From contig CAYZNK010000002.1 of NCBI GenBank assembly GCA_964479955.1, positions 222,955 through 266,922 on the forward strand: 43,968 nt of DNA, in the 5' to 3' direction. The position numbers and the translations under genes are program-made. A model generated the notes under the pieces. It saw only the letters and a list, made by a program, of their open reading frames with translations, was not told the DNA's origin and did no database searches. Positions 1-9,300 of this stretch are shown piece by piece (within the stretch, counting starts at the first letter, position 1; each line of letters starts with the position of its first letter). Origin of the DNA: an uncultured Candidatus Saccharibacteria bacterium. Lineage in GTDB: Bacteria > Patescibacteriota > Minisyncoccia > Minisyncoccales > Staskawiczbacteraceae.

Positions 1-2
1 TC

Positions 3-461
3 ACAATTATAAGGTTTTTTCCTGCAATTCTGGCGGCAATTTATTTTGGCCTTAAAAGCAAAAAAACAGCCGCAATATTCCCCGTTTGCATAGTTTTGTT
101 TTTACTAAATCCAATTGGCCGGCAAGCTTGGATGTATCCTTTGATTTGGCTGATTCCATTTTTTGCAACTTTTGGGAAAAAGAGACTTATTTTAAACAGC
201 CTGGGAGCAACATTTGCCGCCCATGCAACAGGTTCTGTAATTTTTCTTTATTCTTTTGGCTTAACTCCCGCGATATGGATGTCATTGATTCCAGTTGTTT
301 TTATTGAACGCGGCATATTTACAATTGGCATATGGCTAAGCTACATGATAATGAATACCATATTAGACAAAATTACAGGCTTTAAGATAGCTTCCTTTTT
401 AAAACCCATGGTAAACCCAAATTACCTAATCTCCCTAAACTTTTTTAAGTTGTTTGCATGA
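3..461 (+). CDS. Integral membrane protein, 5'-truncated; possibly ECF S-component-like
   Basis: Frame is open from position 3 (TIIRFFPAILAAIYFG...) through the 96..461 ORF; several hydrophobic helices; stop overlaps the next start (ATGA at 458-461). Function is a guess from size, topology and neighbour. Confidence 0.6.
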   Translation, partial: TIIRFFPAILAAIYFGLKSKKTAAIFPVCIVLFLLNPIGRQAWMYPLIWLIPFFATFGKKRLILNSLGATFAAHATGSVIFLYSFGLTPAIWMSLIPVVFIERGIFTIGIWLSYMIMNTILDKITGFKIASFLKPMVNPNYLISLNFFKLFA

Positions 462-1207
462 TAATAAAAACAATAAAAACAAGGGCTCTTATCCCTCCAA
501 GGGATAATTTGCTTTCCGTATGCAAGGAAAGCCTTTTGGGTTTAAAAGAAAAATCAATAATTGTCGTAACATCAAAAATAGTTTCCATTTGGGAGGGCAG
601 GTGCATAAAAATTTCTGAAATAACAGATAAAGACGGTCTGATAAAAAAAGAGGCGGACTTTTTTATTGACAGGAATGATGTCCCAGGAAAATATGTCATA
701 TTGACTATAAAAAATAATATTTTAATTCCGTCAGCGGGGATAGATGAAAGCAACGCAAACGGATATTATATTCTGTGGCCTAAAAATCCATTTTTATCCG
801 CAAAAAAAATTTATGAATTTTTAAAAAAAGAGCATAAGTTAGAAAGTTTTGGCGTTATAATTTCAGACAGCCACACAACCCCCTTAAGAACGGGGATAAT
901 GGGAATTGGAATTGCATATTACGGGTTTAATCCCCTGAGAGACTACAGGGGAACAAAGGATATTTTTGGAAGAGAGTTAAAAATGTCGCAAACAAATATT
1001 GTTGACTCCCTGGCAGCAGCCGCAGTCTATGCAATGGGAGAAGGTGCAGAACAAACTCCAATTGCGGTGATTAAAGATGCCAGAAACATTGAATTTTGGA
1101 CAGACAAGAAAAAAAATAAAAATCAATTAGCTATAAATCCCGATACTGATATTTACGCTCCCATATTAAAAAACAATAAATGGAAAAAAGGAGACAGTAA
1201 CCCTTAA
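458..1207 (+). CDS. CofE-like gamma-glutamyl ligase (F420-0:L-glutamate ligase family; putative folate-type)
   Basis: Motifs VVTSKIVSIWEGR, PSAGIDESNANG, IISDSHTTPLRTG, D+FGR.L, NIVDSLAAAA...MGEGAEQTP typical of the CofE family. Confidence 0.85.
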   Translation: MIIKTIKTRALIPPRDNLLSVCKESLLGLKEKSIIVVTSKIVSIWEGRCIKISEITDKDGLIKKEADFFIDRNDVPGKYVILTIKNNILIPSAGIDESNANGYYILWPKNPFLSAKKIYEFLKKEHKLESFGVIISDSHTTPLRTGIMGIGIAYYGFNPLRDYRGTKDIFGRELKMSQTNIVDSLAAAAVYAMGEGAEQTPIAVIKDARNIEFWTDKKKNKNQLAINPDTDIYAPILKNNKWKKGDSNP

Positions 1208-1242
1208 CAAAAAATCCCTGACAATCAGGGCTTTTTTGTTAA
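1204..1242. terminator. Bidirectional intrinsic terminator between convergent genes
   Basis: TTAACAAAAAA-t-CCCTGA-caa-TCAGGG-c-TTTTTTGTTAA inverted repeat spanning both stop codons. Confidence 0.8.
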
Positions 1243-1988
1243 GCTTCGGCAACCACCCACCTCCATCTGTTATATTGGTCTTTTGCAAACCACCATTTTT
1301 TATATTTATATTTTAAAAGCAATTTTTCTATTTTGTTTTTTTGTTCAGAATCAAACTCCATATATATCCTTCCGCATTCTTTAAGATATTTTTTTGCTTG
1401 CTTTAAAAATTTATCTATATATTTAAATCCGTCTTCTCCGCCAAAAAGAGCTTGCTTTGGCTCGTATTTTAAAACTGATTTTTGAATCTTGCTTTTATTC
1501 TTGGCAGGAATATACGGAGGATTTGCTAAGATATAGTCATACTTTCCTTTTACTTTTGAAAAAATATCAGACTGGATTACCTTGCATTTGGGAACTTTTA
1601 TAAAATTGTTTTTTAAATTTATTTTTATTTGTTTTATCAATTTTGCGTCTTTTTCAGCAAAGTCGCACAATAAATTAGGCACATTGGCTTGTATTGCAAT
1701 TCCTATACAACCAGAACCTGCAAAAATATCCAAAATGCGTAAAACTTCCGGAGAGTTGTCTGTTCTTTTTTTTATGTCTCCTGCCGCATAAGCTGTCCAG
1801 TATTCTGTTTCTTTTCTTGGAATCAGCGGATTTTTTGACAGATCAATTTTGCATCCCAAAAACTCCGAAAAACCTATTACATAATCTATGGGTTCTCCAT
1901 TTTTAATTCTTTTTGCGTCTTTATAAAATTGTTTTGTTGGCTTTCCATTATATTTTTCTTTCAAAAGCCAGCTAATTTCTTTTTCCAT
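1239..1988 (-). CDS. prmC: Release factor glutamine methyltransferase (HemK/PrmC family)
   Basis: LIPRKETE, ILDIFAGSGCIG SAM motif, NPPY, EP..AL.GG.DG. Start moved to the ATG at 1988 (2003 also possible); the longer ORF runs through the pyrB terminator. Confidence 0.9.
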   Translation of the reverse strand: MEKEISWLLKEKYNGKPTKQFYKDAKRIKNGEPIDYVIGFSEFLGCKIDLSKNPLIPRKETEYWTAYAAGDIKKRTDNSPEVLRILDIFAGSGCIGIAIQANVPNLLCDFAEKDAKLIKQIKINLKNNFIKVPKCKVIQSDIFSKVKGKYDYILANPPYIPAKNKSKIQKSVLKYEPKQALFGGEDGFKYIDKFLKQAKKYLKECGRIYMEFDSEQKNKIEKLLLKYKYKKWWFAKDQYNRWRWVVAEA

Positions 1989-2020
1989 ATTTTCTGAATT
2001 CATCAAATTATTTTTACATA

Positions 2021-2055
2021 AAAAATAAAAAGACCCAATTCCCCCTTTGGGTCTT
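2021..2055 (-). terminator. Intrinsic terminator downstream of pyrB
   Basis: Minus strand AAGACCCAA-loop-TTGGGTCTT followed by a T-rich tail. Confidence 0.7.
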
Positions 2056-2070
2056 CCACCTCCCGTTTTT

Positions 2071-3069
2071 TTAGACTGCGAGTAACTCGCAACACTTTTC
2101 GGGAGAAATAACAATTAGCAGCAAGGCCATTCTTATATAAAGGCCACACTTTACTTGGGAAATTTTATCCTCCCTGCTCTTAAGATAAACTGCCCTTGGG
2201 TCGCTATCAACTTCTCCTCTTACAATTTCATCTGTGCAGGGTAACGGATGCATTATGATTGAATCTTGTTTTGCCATATCAAGAATCTGCCTATCTATCA
2301 CGGTGTATCCTTGGGACCTTCTGTCCCATGTCGCTGTTCCAAGATTTGTCTGTGTTCTTGTTTGGTAGAAAACATCTATCTCGCGAGCTACCTCTCTTAT
2401 GTCCATCGTCTCCTGCCATTTAACTCCTTGTTCGGTCAAGTACTCTTTTATACCACTTTTTATCCGTTTATCTCTTGGAGAAACAAAGCAAATCTCAACG
2501 TTGTATTGTCCCCCCAAATAAGCCAAAGAACAAGCCGCCCTGTTTCCTTCAAGCCCCCCCATTATGGCAATCTTGTTTCCGTCAATAGACGGTTTGTGCC
2601 TTTTAATGGTATACGCATCCAAACAAGCCTGCGTGGGGTGCTGGCCAGGGCCGTCGCCTGCGTTAATGATTGGAATATCTGAAACTCTTGCCGCCGCTGC
2701 CGCCCCTCCCTCTTCGTCGTGTCTAACAACAATAACATCTCCTCCATATTCATTAAGCACGGCTATTGTGTCTTCCCAAGATTCGCCTTTTGCCATTGAT
2801 GAAAGTTTTCTGACATCTGTTGAATCAAACGAAACACGTCCTCCCATCCTTTGGATTGGTATTCCAAAGGATGCTCTTGTGCGCAAGCTTTCTCCAAAAA
2901 ACAAAGATATCATTTCTTTGTCTTTTAGCAATCTCTTGCGCAACGCCTGAGGTATTTTTTCCATTTTGTAAGCCAGCGGGAAAAGAACATTTTCCAACCA
3001 AGGGCGCTTGAATTGGCGCGTGTCAATAATGTGTGGCCAGCCGTCAAATTTCACTTCTTGCGAATCCAT
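2071..3069 (-). CDS. pyrB: Aspartate carbamoyltransferase catalytic subunit
   Basis: S(L)RTR, SS..KGES, INAGDG...HPTQ, TR.Q, IMHPLP motifs of the ATCase family. Confidence 0.85.
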   Translation of the reverse strand: MDSQEVKFDGWPHIIDTRQFKRPWLENVLFPLAYKMEKIPQALRKRLLKDKEMISLFFGESLRTRASFGIPIQRMGGRVSFDSTDVRKLSSMAKGESWEDTIAVLNEYGGDVIVVRHDEEGGAAAAARVSDIPIINAGDGPGQHPTQACLDAYTIKRHKPSIDGNKIAIMGGLEGNRAACSLAYLGGQYNVEICFVSPRDKRIKSGIKEYLTEQGVKWQETMDIREVAREIDVFYQTRTQTNLGTATWDRRSQGYTVIDRQILDMAKQDSIIMHPLPCTDEIVRGEVDSDPRAVYLKSREDKISQVKCGLYIRMALLLIVISPEKCCELLAV

Positions 3070-3173
3070 AAACCAGTCTCCTGTCAGGGGTTAACTAAAT
3101 TTGAAAAGAGCCACATTTTTATCAATTCTACGCCTTTAAAAAACTTTGTCAATGATTCCTTACTCAGAATCCT

Positions 3174-3206
3174 TAATCCTTGCGAGGTCAGACCTCGCAA
3201 GGATTA
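3174..3206. repeat. Perfect 16-bp inverted repeat with 1-nt spacer
   Basis: TAATCCTTGCGAGGTC-A-GACCTCGCAAGGATTA. Confidence 0.9.
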
Positions 3207-3214
3207 GTTTGAGC

Positions 3215-3245
3215 AAAAAAACAGCAGGATTTTTCCTGCGGTTTT
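3215..3245 (-). terminator. Terminator of rplU
   Basis: Minus strand AAAACCGCAGGA-AAAA-TCCTGCTG-TTTTTTT. Confidence 0.7.
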
Positions 3246-3283
3246 ACATCTTTATTTTAATACGTATTACAATACTTGTTAAA

Positions 3284-3604
3284 TTATGCCTTGATTGCTG
3301 TTATCTCTAGCTCTGTGTATGGCTGTCTGTGCCCGATTTTTTTGCTGTATCTTTTCTTTGACTTATATTTAAAAACAATTACTTTTTTGGCTTTTCCATG
3401 CCTTAAAATTTTTGCCTGCACTTTGGCGTTTGTTGCAACGGGCTTTCCAATTTCAACCTGACCTTTTTCTGAAGATTCATCGGCTGCCAACAAAACATCA
3501 AAGGAAATTTCTTCCCCTTCTTTTTTGTCTAATTTTTCCACCTTTATTTTTGTTCCGGGCTTAACAAGGTATTGTTTCCCTCCGGTTTTAATTATTGCAA
3601 TCAT
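3284..3604 (-). CDS. rplU: 50S ribosomal protein L21
   Basis: MIAIIKTGGKQY, KVIVFKYK.KK.Y.KK.GHRQPYT. Confidence 0.97.
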   Translation of the reverse strand: MIAIIKTGGKQYLVKPGTKIKVEKLDKKEGEEISFDVLLAADESSEKGQVEIGKPVATNAKVQAKILRHGKAKKVIVFKYKSKKRYSKKIGHRQPYTELEITAIKA

Positions 3605-3649
3605 GTTTTTGCCTATTGTTATAATAATTAAAGTTTAGCAAATAATCGC

Positions 3650-4711
3650 TTAATCGTCAAGCATGGGTCCTGCGACCTCGCCAATTTCTATTTTCTTTTC
3701 TCCGGCGGTTAATTTAACCACATCCTTGTCTATTTTCTCCAGCTCTTTGCCTGCTTTATTGTAGCTTGAAACTGTTGTGTCTAAGTGCTGACCCAGTCTT
3801 TTCATATACTCTGAATAAGTAAATAAATGTTTACCAAGCCTTTCAACTTCCTTGATGATCTGATGGGCCTGCTCTGAAATTTTTTGGTTTCTCAACCCCT
3901 GCAAAACAGTCTGCAAATATGCCAAAAATGATGTTGGTGAAACAACTATCACTTTTTTCTTCCCCGCATAATAAATCAGGTTATTTGTATCTTCCGTAAT
4001 TGTGCCCACTTTGTTTATAAGGAGGTCATAATAGACAGCCTCTGAGGGAATAAACATAAAAGCAAAATCCATTGTTTTTTCTTCCGGCCTGACATATTTT
4101 GAAGTTTCATCAATCCTTAGTTTCAAGTCTCCCACAAACGCAGACTCAAGCCTCTTTTTTTCAGTAAAATCGCTTGTCTGTATCATCCTGTTGTAATTTT
4201 CCAGCGAAAATTTTGAGTCTATCGGGATTATTTTTTTGCCCGATTTATTGTCTGCGCTGTCAACAAAAACAACCGCATCAACAATCTGGCCGTCAGAAAA
4301 TCCGTATTGCATCTGGTAGGAATTTGGGGGCAGAACGTTTTTTAAAACAGTTTCCAGATAATACTCTCCCAAAATTCCCCTCTGTTTTGGATTTTTCAAA
4401 ATATCTTGCAAAGACTTTAATTGGTCCGCAAACCCAACCACCTGCTTATTTGTCTGGTCAAGCTGTGTTAATTTTTCAGTCACATTTCTTATAATATCAG
4501 AAGAATGCCTGAACTGCTCCTGTATGTTTTTGTTTGATTCAGACATTTTTGAATCTAAAACCTGAGAAATCTGGTTTATCTGCTGTTGAAGCATAAGTAA
4601 AGAGCTGTCATCTTTCTTTTCCTCTCGCGCACCTGTTTTTTTAAACATCAAAAAAATCAAGACTAGAATTCCCGCCATAATTATTACCAATAATAAAGTT
4701 ATGATATCCAT
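3650..4711 (-). CDS. rmuC: DNA recombination protein RmuC
   Basis: N-terminal TM, coiled coil, RG.LGE..LE.VL, D...IPIDSKF, DFAFMFIPSEAVY, SPT. Confidence 0.92.
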   Translation of the reverse strand: MDIITLLLVIIMAGILVLIFLMFKKTGAREEKKDDSSLLMLQQQINQISQVLDSKMSESNKNIQEQFRHSSDIIRNVTEKLTQLDQTNKQVVGFADQLKSLQDILKNPKQRGILGEYYLETVLKNVLPPNSYQMQYGFSDGQIVDAVVFVDSADNKSGKKIIPIDSKFSLENYNRMIQTSDFTEKKRLESAFVGDLKLRIDETSKYVRPEEKTMDFAFMFIPSEAVYYDLLINKVGTITEDTNNLIYYAGKKKVIVVSPTSFLAYLQTVLQGLRNQKISEQAHQIIKEVERLGKHLFTYSEYMKRLGQHLDTTVSSYNKAGKELEKIDKDVVKLTAGEKKIEIGEVAGPMLDD

Positions 4712-4727
4712 TTTGTTTTTAATTGGT

Positions 4728-5690
4728 TTAAAAAAATGATTTTAACAGCTCTGATGCTAAAAACATAATATATACAAAGAATAAAACAATTCCCTCTTTT
4801 TTTGTTATTTTTCTGTTGGTCTTAATGGCAATCACAAATATAATTGAAGCTATTATCAAAAACATCCTTGCTATCAGAAACGGGGAAAAATCCTTGATTT
4901 GGAAAGGAAAAATTAAAGCTATTATTCCCAAAACAAGAGTGGCTGAAACTATAACAGCTCCCATTAAATCCCCCAATATCATCCAATTCTCTGATTTTTT
5001 GGCCGATATTATTGAAAAATAAATTTCAGGAAAACAATTTCCCAGGCCAATTATCAAAACTCCCACCAGAGAAAGAGACATGCCAAGTTGTTCTGAAAAA
5101 AATTGAGCCGAACTTACAACTATAAAAGAAGACACTAAAAGTAATACTAAAAAAACAATTATTTTTACCAGGTCTTTTAAAAAGCTAAAAAATCCTTTGG
5201 CTAATTTTTGGGTTTTCCCCTTATAAATTTTTTTAAACCTCTCTTCTTTCGAAAAAAGCCATAGGCTATAAATAAAAAATGCCAGCAGTAAAATTATTCC
5301 GTCTCCCCTATCCAAACTTTTATCAAAAACAAGCAATAAAGGCAAAACAGCGATAATTGCTGTGAATATTGCTGATTTCTGCACCATTTCGCTTTCAGCT
5401 GACAACGGCTTTCTGCCAAAAAAGACAGCTATTGCCATAACAACTGTTAGGTCAACCAAATTTCCTCCAACAATGTCCCCAAAAGCCACTTCGGGCATTC
5501 CCTGCATAGCGGCATTTATGTCAACGAATAAATTTGGCAAGGAGGCGGCAAAAGCCATCACAAAAAAAGCTATTATAAACTCCCTCCATCTTAAATACTT
5601 AGCTACTTGCACAAGCGCCGCAACAAGCCTTGAACTTAACCACGATAGGACAAATATTGATATTATAAAGATTGTTATTTGAAAAACCAT
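4728..5690 (-). CDS. Sodium:calcium antiporter (CaCA/YrbG family)
   Basis: Two alpha repeats (AFAASLPNL...GDIVGGN; GLGNCFPEI...GDLMGAVI); about 10 TM helices. Confidence 0.88.
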   Translation of the reverse strand: MVFQITIFIISIFVLSWLSSRLVAALVQVAKYLRWREFIIAFFVMAFAASLPNLFVDINAAMQGMPEVAFGDIVGGNLVDLTVVMAIAVFFGRKPLSAESEMVQKSAIFTAIIAVLPLLLVFDKSLDRGDGIILLLAFFIYSLWLFSKEERFKKIYKGKTQKLAKGFFSFLKDLVKIIVFLVLLLVSSFIVVSSAQFFSEQLGMSLSLVGVLIIGLGNCFPEIYFSIISAKKSENWMILGDLMGAVIVSATLVLGIIALIFPFQIKDFSPFLIARMFLIIASIIFVIAIKTNRKITKKEGIVLFFVYIMFLASELLKSFF

Positions 5691-5705
5691 AGATAAATCA
5701 AAGTT

Positions 5706-6857
5706 TTATATAAAAAAATAAAAGATTTGATAAACAATTCCCAATAAAAAGACAAAAGACAATGGATAAATAATATTTTTTTTCCCGCCGATTTTTTTAT
5801 ACATCAGCAAAATAAAAATACCATCAATTCCCAACAAAACCCCTCCAATAAATGATATCAATCCGATAAATGATTTAAGTCCAAGCAGATATAAAATCAT
5901 TGGCACAGAACACGTCATGACAAACGCCTGCCAATTTTTAATTTTTAAGTCATATGCAAAAACTTTCTTTAATGTCAGCCCCTGGGCAATGCAGGCAGTA
6001 ATTGTAGACGACATTCCTATGAAAAAAACAATTAAAGAAAGATTTTCTCCCAAGAAATCTCTTAATCCGGTTAAAGCGAATTCCGTTGTTTGCGGGCCTG
6101 TTATTGACAAAATTAAAAATGTAAAAAAAACATAAAAAATTGCAGGAATTAGCGTTGCCGCCAAAACTATTTTTTTTATAAATCTTTTGTCATTGCTTTG
6201 CATTTCTTCTGCTTCGGGAATTAACCCAACTCCCCATAAAGAAAACAATATTGCTCCATAAGGCAAAAAAAGATTTGAAACAGACTTAAAACCAAAGCTA
6301 CTTGAAGAAAAATCCGGACTAAATAAGAAAACATTTAAAAATCTGGACTGCAAAAATCCTTTTGCAAAGATAAAAATAACAGACAAAAACAATATTGATA
6401 AAACCAATAGCTCAATTTTTGACACTGCCCTGATTCCAAGCCATATAACACAACTTACAAATAAAAAATAAAGAATTGCGTAAAGGGTACTGCTTCCCCC
6501 AAAATAAGGTTGCAATATATTTGCCAAAAATTCTGACCCAACTATCAGATAAATTAAAAGTACTCCGTAATATCCTAAAATTGTAGAGAATAAAGAAAGC
6601 GCCTGCGCGTATTTTCCAAAATAATATTTTACAAATCCGGGGAATCTTTTAAAGTCCGGGGTTTTCAGACTTATTTTTGCAAAAATAAGATGAATTGTTA
6701 AAACAACGCCCGTTAAAACAAAAAAGTATACCAACATTACCCAGGTCCCGGATTTTAAGGCGATATACGGCAAGGAAAAAAATCCAACTCCAATTATGCT
6801 TCCTGAAATAACCGCAACAGGATATACATATTTTTTAAAAAAATCAGCCAATTGCAT
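5706..6857 (-). CDS. Aromatic amino acid permease-like transporter (HAAAP/Trp-Tyr family)
   Basis: G.IIGVGFFSLPY N-terminal motif, PYGAILFS, about 11 TM helices. Confidence 0.8.
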   Translation of the reverse strand: MQLADFFKKYVYPVAVISGSIIGVGFFSLPYIALKSGTWVMLVYFFVLTGVVLTIHLIFAKISLKTPDFKRFPGFVKYYFGKYAQALSLFSTILGYYGVLLIYLIVGSEFLANILQPYFGGSSTLYAILYFLFVSCVIWLGIRAVSKIELLVLSILFLSVIFIFAKGFLQSRFLNVFLFSPDFSSSSFGFKSVSNLFLPYGAILFSLWGVGLIPEAEEMQSNDKRFIKKIVLAATLIPAIFYVFFTFLILSITGPQTTEFALTGLRDFLGENLSLIVFFIGMSSTITACIAQGLTLKKVFAYDLKIKNWQAFVMTCSVPMILYLLGLKSFIGLISFIGGVLLGIDGIFILLMYKKIGGKKNIIYPLSFVFLLGIVYQIFYFFI

Positions 6858-6969
6858 AAAAAATAATTATTCTTATATTTTACCTTAATTTAAAGCTTTT
6901 CGCATGTGAATAACTAAAGAAACAAAGAGGTTTTATTTTGCAAATTTACTAATTGAGATTAATACAAAA

Positions 6970-6998
6970 TCGACAAAAATATTTTTTCGTGCTAAAAT
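6970..6998 (+). promoter_or_regulatory. Sigma70-type promoter for tRNA-Glu
   Basis: TCGACA-17 nt-TAAAAT with extended TG, 8 nt before the tRNA. Confidence 0.6.
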
Positions 6999-7006
6999 AA
7001 TATTAC

Positions 7007-7079
7007 GCTCCTATCGTCTAGTGGCCCAGGACACGCCCCTCTCACGGGCGTAACACCGGTTCAACTCCGGTTAGGAGCA
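7007..7079 (+). tRNA. tRNA-Glu (CTC)
   Basis: Acceptor GCTCCTA/TAGGAGC, anticodon arm CGCCC-CT CTC AC-GGGCG, GGTTCAACTCC T arm; CCA not encoded. Confidence 0.95.
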
Positions 7080-7084
7080 CACTT

Positions 7085-7180
7085 AAAAATCCCAAACCCC
7101 AATGACCAATGACCAAAACCGTTTTTGGGATTTAGTTATTGGGATTTTGTTGGGATTTGGGATTTGGAACTTGGGGTTTT
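7085..7180. repeat. Heptamer tandem-repeat element (STRR-like)
   Basis: TTGGGAT TTAGTTA TTGGGAT TTTG TTGGGAT TTGGGAT TTGGAAC TTGGGGT (7125-7177) preceded by a partly complementary arm containing CCCCAAT and TGACCAA. Confidence 0.8.
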
Positions 7181-7184
7181 CGTA

Positions 7185-8897
7185 TTATTCGTAGTCTGGC
7201 GGAATTTGCCAGTAATTAATCATATACTTTGCCAAATCCTTAAATATTGGTACAGCAGACAAAGATGATGTTGAAACTTTTGGATTGTCCAGTTTTATCA
7301 ATGCCAAAAATTGCGGATTATATGCCGGCCCAAATCCTATGAAGCTTTGAATTGTTTTGTCTTTTTCATATCCTTTTTTATTCTTTAGCGCAACTTGAGC
7401 TGTTCCGGTTTTTCCGGCAAAATAATAGCCCGGTATTTTTGCAGCTTTATTAAATCCATTATCAACAACACTAACCAGCATTGAGGTCAATTTAGATGAT
7501 GTTTCTTTTGATATAACCTGCTGAGATGTCCCCTGCTTAACTGTTTTTTCTTCCATACCCGAAAATGTTTTTTCAACTATATACGGCTTTACGGTTTTAC
7601 CGCCATTGGCTATTGCGCAAAAAGCGCTGACAATCTGTATGGGAGTAAGTTCAACTCCCTGGCCAAAAGAAGATGTGGCAAAATTTATATCAGGCGCATT
7701 GTTCATAAGCCCGTCATTGCGGGAATAAATTTCACCTTGCAAATCAATCCCTGTTTTTTCAGTAAAGCCAAAATTTTTAATATATTTTAAATATGTATCG
7801 TGCGAAACCTGTTCTTCTGCAAAAACAGCGCCCGTATTAATTGAGTTTTCCAGCACTTGAGTCATTGTCTGCCCTCCATAAACTTTATTGTCAAAATTGT
7901 GTATTGTGTCTTTGTCAAAAGACACGGTTCCTGTATCAATATAGACAGTTTCGGGAGTTATTCTGCCCTCATTTATTGCTATTGCCATTGTAAAGGGCTT
8001 CATTATGGACCCTGGTTCAAAAAGCTTCTGGATTGAGTCATTTTGAAAAACATCCATATCCTCTACTTTTGAATATTCGTTCAAATCAAAAAAAGGAAAA
8101 TCTGCCATTGCTAAAATTTTTCCGGTGTCGGGCTTTATTATAATTATCTGGCCGCTATCAATATCAAACTTTTCCTTTGCCTCAGCCAACAAAGATTCTG
8201 CTTTAAATTGTATATTGTAATCAATTGTAAGATAGATATCAGAACCATCAAGCGATATTTCGTCATCTTGAGAAAAAATAAGTTCCAACCCTTTTTTCTC
8301 TTCCCTTATGCCGTCTTTTCCCTTTAAAATATCTTCATAATGGCCCTCTATTCCGTATTGCCCTGTATTTTCTCCCCCAAAAAATCCCAGAATATTTGAC
8401 GCCAATTTACCTTGCGGATAATATCTCTTATGATTAAGCTCCCATTGCAAGCCTACCAGCCCAAGCTCTTTTATTTTCTCCAGTTCCTCTTGCGATGCGT
8501 CTTTTTTTATTACAACATAAGAACTCTGGCCGTTGAGCAATGAAATAATACTGTCTTTTTCAATACCAAGGCTTTGGCTTAATGCTTGAGAGAAAACATC
8601 TATATCTTCTATTTCATCTATAAAGGCTGATATTGTCCATTCGTCCTTGTTTATTGCCAGGCTTTTAAAGTCATCTGACAAACTTCCTTTGGTTCGCTGG
8701 CTGTTGCCGCAGTAAATTTGCCCCCTTTGGCCCATTATGCTGGTAAGCCCTACCTGCTGGCCTAAAGCCTGCGCCTGATAAAGCTTGTGTTTTACCACCT
8801 GTAAATAAAACAAGCGGCCGATAATGCCTGCTCCAAATGCCAAAATAAAAAATAAAATTATTTTAGCCTGCCAGTTCCCGATATTTTTCTTTTCCAT
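7185..8897 (-). CDS. ftsI: Class B penicillin-binding protein (FtsI/PBP2-like)
   Basis: N-terminal TM, RG.I, R.YP.G...ILGF, SxxK (EPGSIMKP), SxN (SINTG), KTG (AGKTGTAQ); downstream of rsmH/ftsL. Confidence 0.9.
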   Translation of the reverse strand: MEKKNIGNWQAKIILFFILAFGAGIIGRLFYLQVVKHKLYQAQALGQQVGLTSIMGQRGQIYCGNSQRTKGSLSDDFKSLAINKDEWTISAFIDEIEDIDVFSQALSQSLGIEKDSIISLLNGQSSYVVIKKDASQEELEKIKELGLVGLQWELNHKRYYPQGKLASNILGFFGGENTGQYGIEGHYEDILKGKDGIREEKKGLELIFSQDDEISLDGSDIYLTIDYNIQFKAESLLAEAKEKFDIDSGQIIIIKPDTGKILAMADFPFFDLNEYSKVEDMDVFQNDSIQKLFEPGSIMKPFTMAIAINEGRITPETVYIDTGTVSFDKDTIHNFDNKVYGGQTMTQVLENSINTGAVFAEEQVSHDTYLKYIKNFGFTEKTGIDLQGEIYSRNDGLMNNAPDINFATSSFGQGVELTPIQIVSAFCAIANGGKTVKPYIVEKTFSGMEEKTVKQGTSQQVISKETSSKLTSMLVSVVDNGFNKAAKIPGYYFAGKTGTAQVALKNKKGYEKDKTIQSFIGFGPAYNPQFLALIKLDNPKVSTSSLSAVPIFKDLAKYMINYWQIPPDYE

Positions 8898-8923
8898 TTT
8901 CCGATTATTTTTATGTTTTGGAA

Positions 8924-9283
8924 TTATTTGGCGTTTGCCAAGGAATTATCCAGAATCTGAATATATTTTATTGAAACTGTTTTTTGAAATTCAGAATCTT
9001 CTATTCTGGACAAGATTTTCTCAAGATAATTGTTTTCAGCGAAAAGAACTTCCAGTTTTTTGTTTTCTTTTGAAATTTCTTCTATTGATGATTTACTTTT
9101 TGAAATTGAATATGTCCCTGACGTTAAAATGTTGATTTGATATATATAGAAAAACAACAGCAAAGAACACAAGATAAATCCGGCAAAGCAAACCTTATCC
9201 CAATTTTCAGAAAAGCATCCGAGGGATTTAGAGCTGTCGCGCATATTTTTAGTTATGTAACGGACCAATGCTATTGTTGTCAT
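8924..9283 (-). CDS. FtsL-like bitopic protein
   Basis: Single TM plus coiled coil, at the canonical ftsL position between rsmH and ftsI; sequence not diagnostic. Confidence 0.65.
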   Translation of the reverse strand: MTTIALVRYITKNMRDSSKSLGCFSENWDKVCFAGFILCSLLLFFYIYQINILTSGTYSISKSKSSIEEISKENKKLEVLFAENNYLEKILSRIEDSEFQKTVSIKYIQILDNSLANAK

Positions 9284-9300
9284 TTTTTTTGTTTTTATTT

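Noticed and set aside
7085-7180. CRISPR array (also considered for the other tandem tracts)
   Set aside because: Units are 7 nt with no unique spacers, and no cas genes are present.
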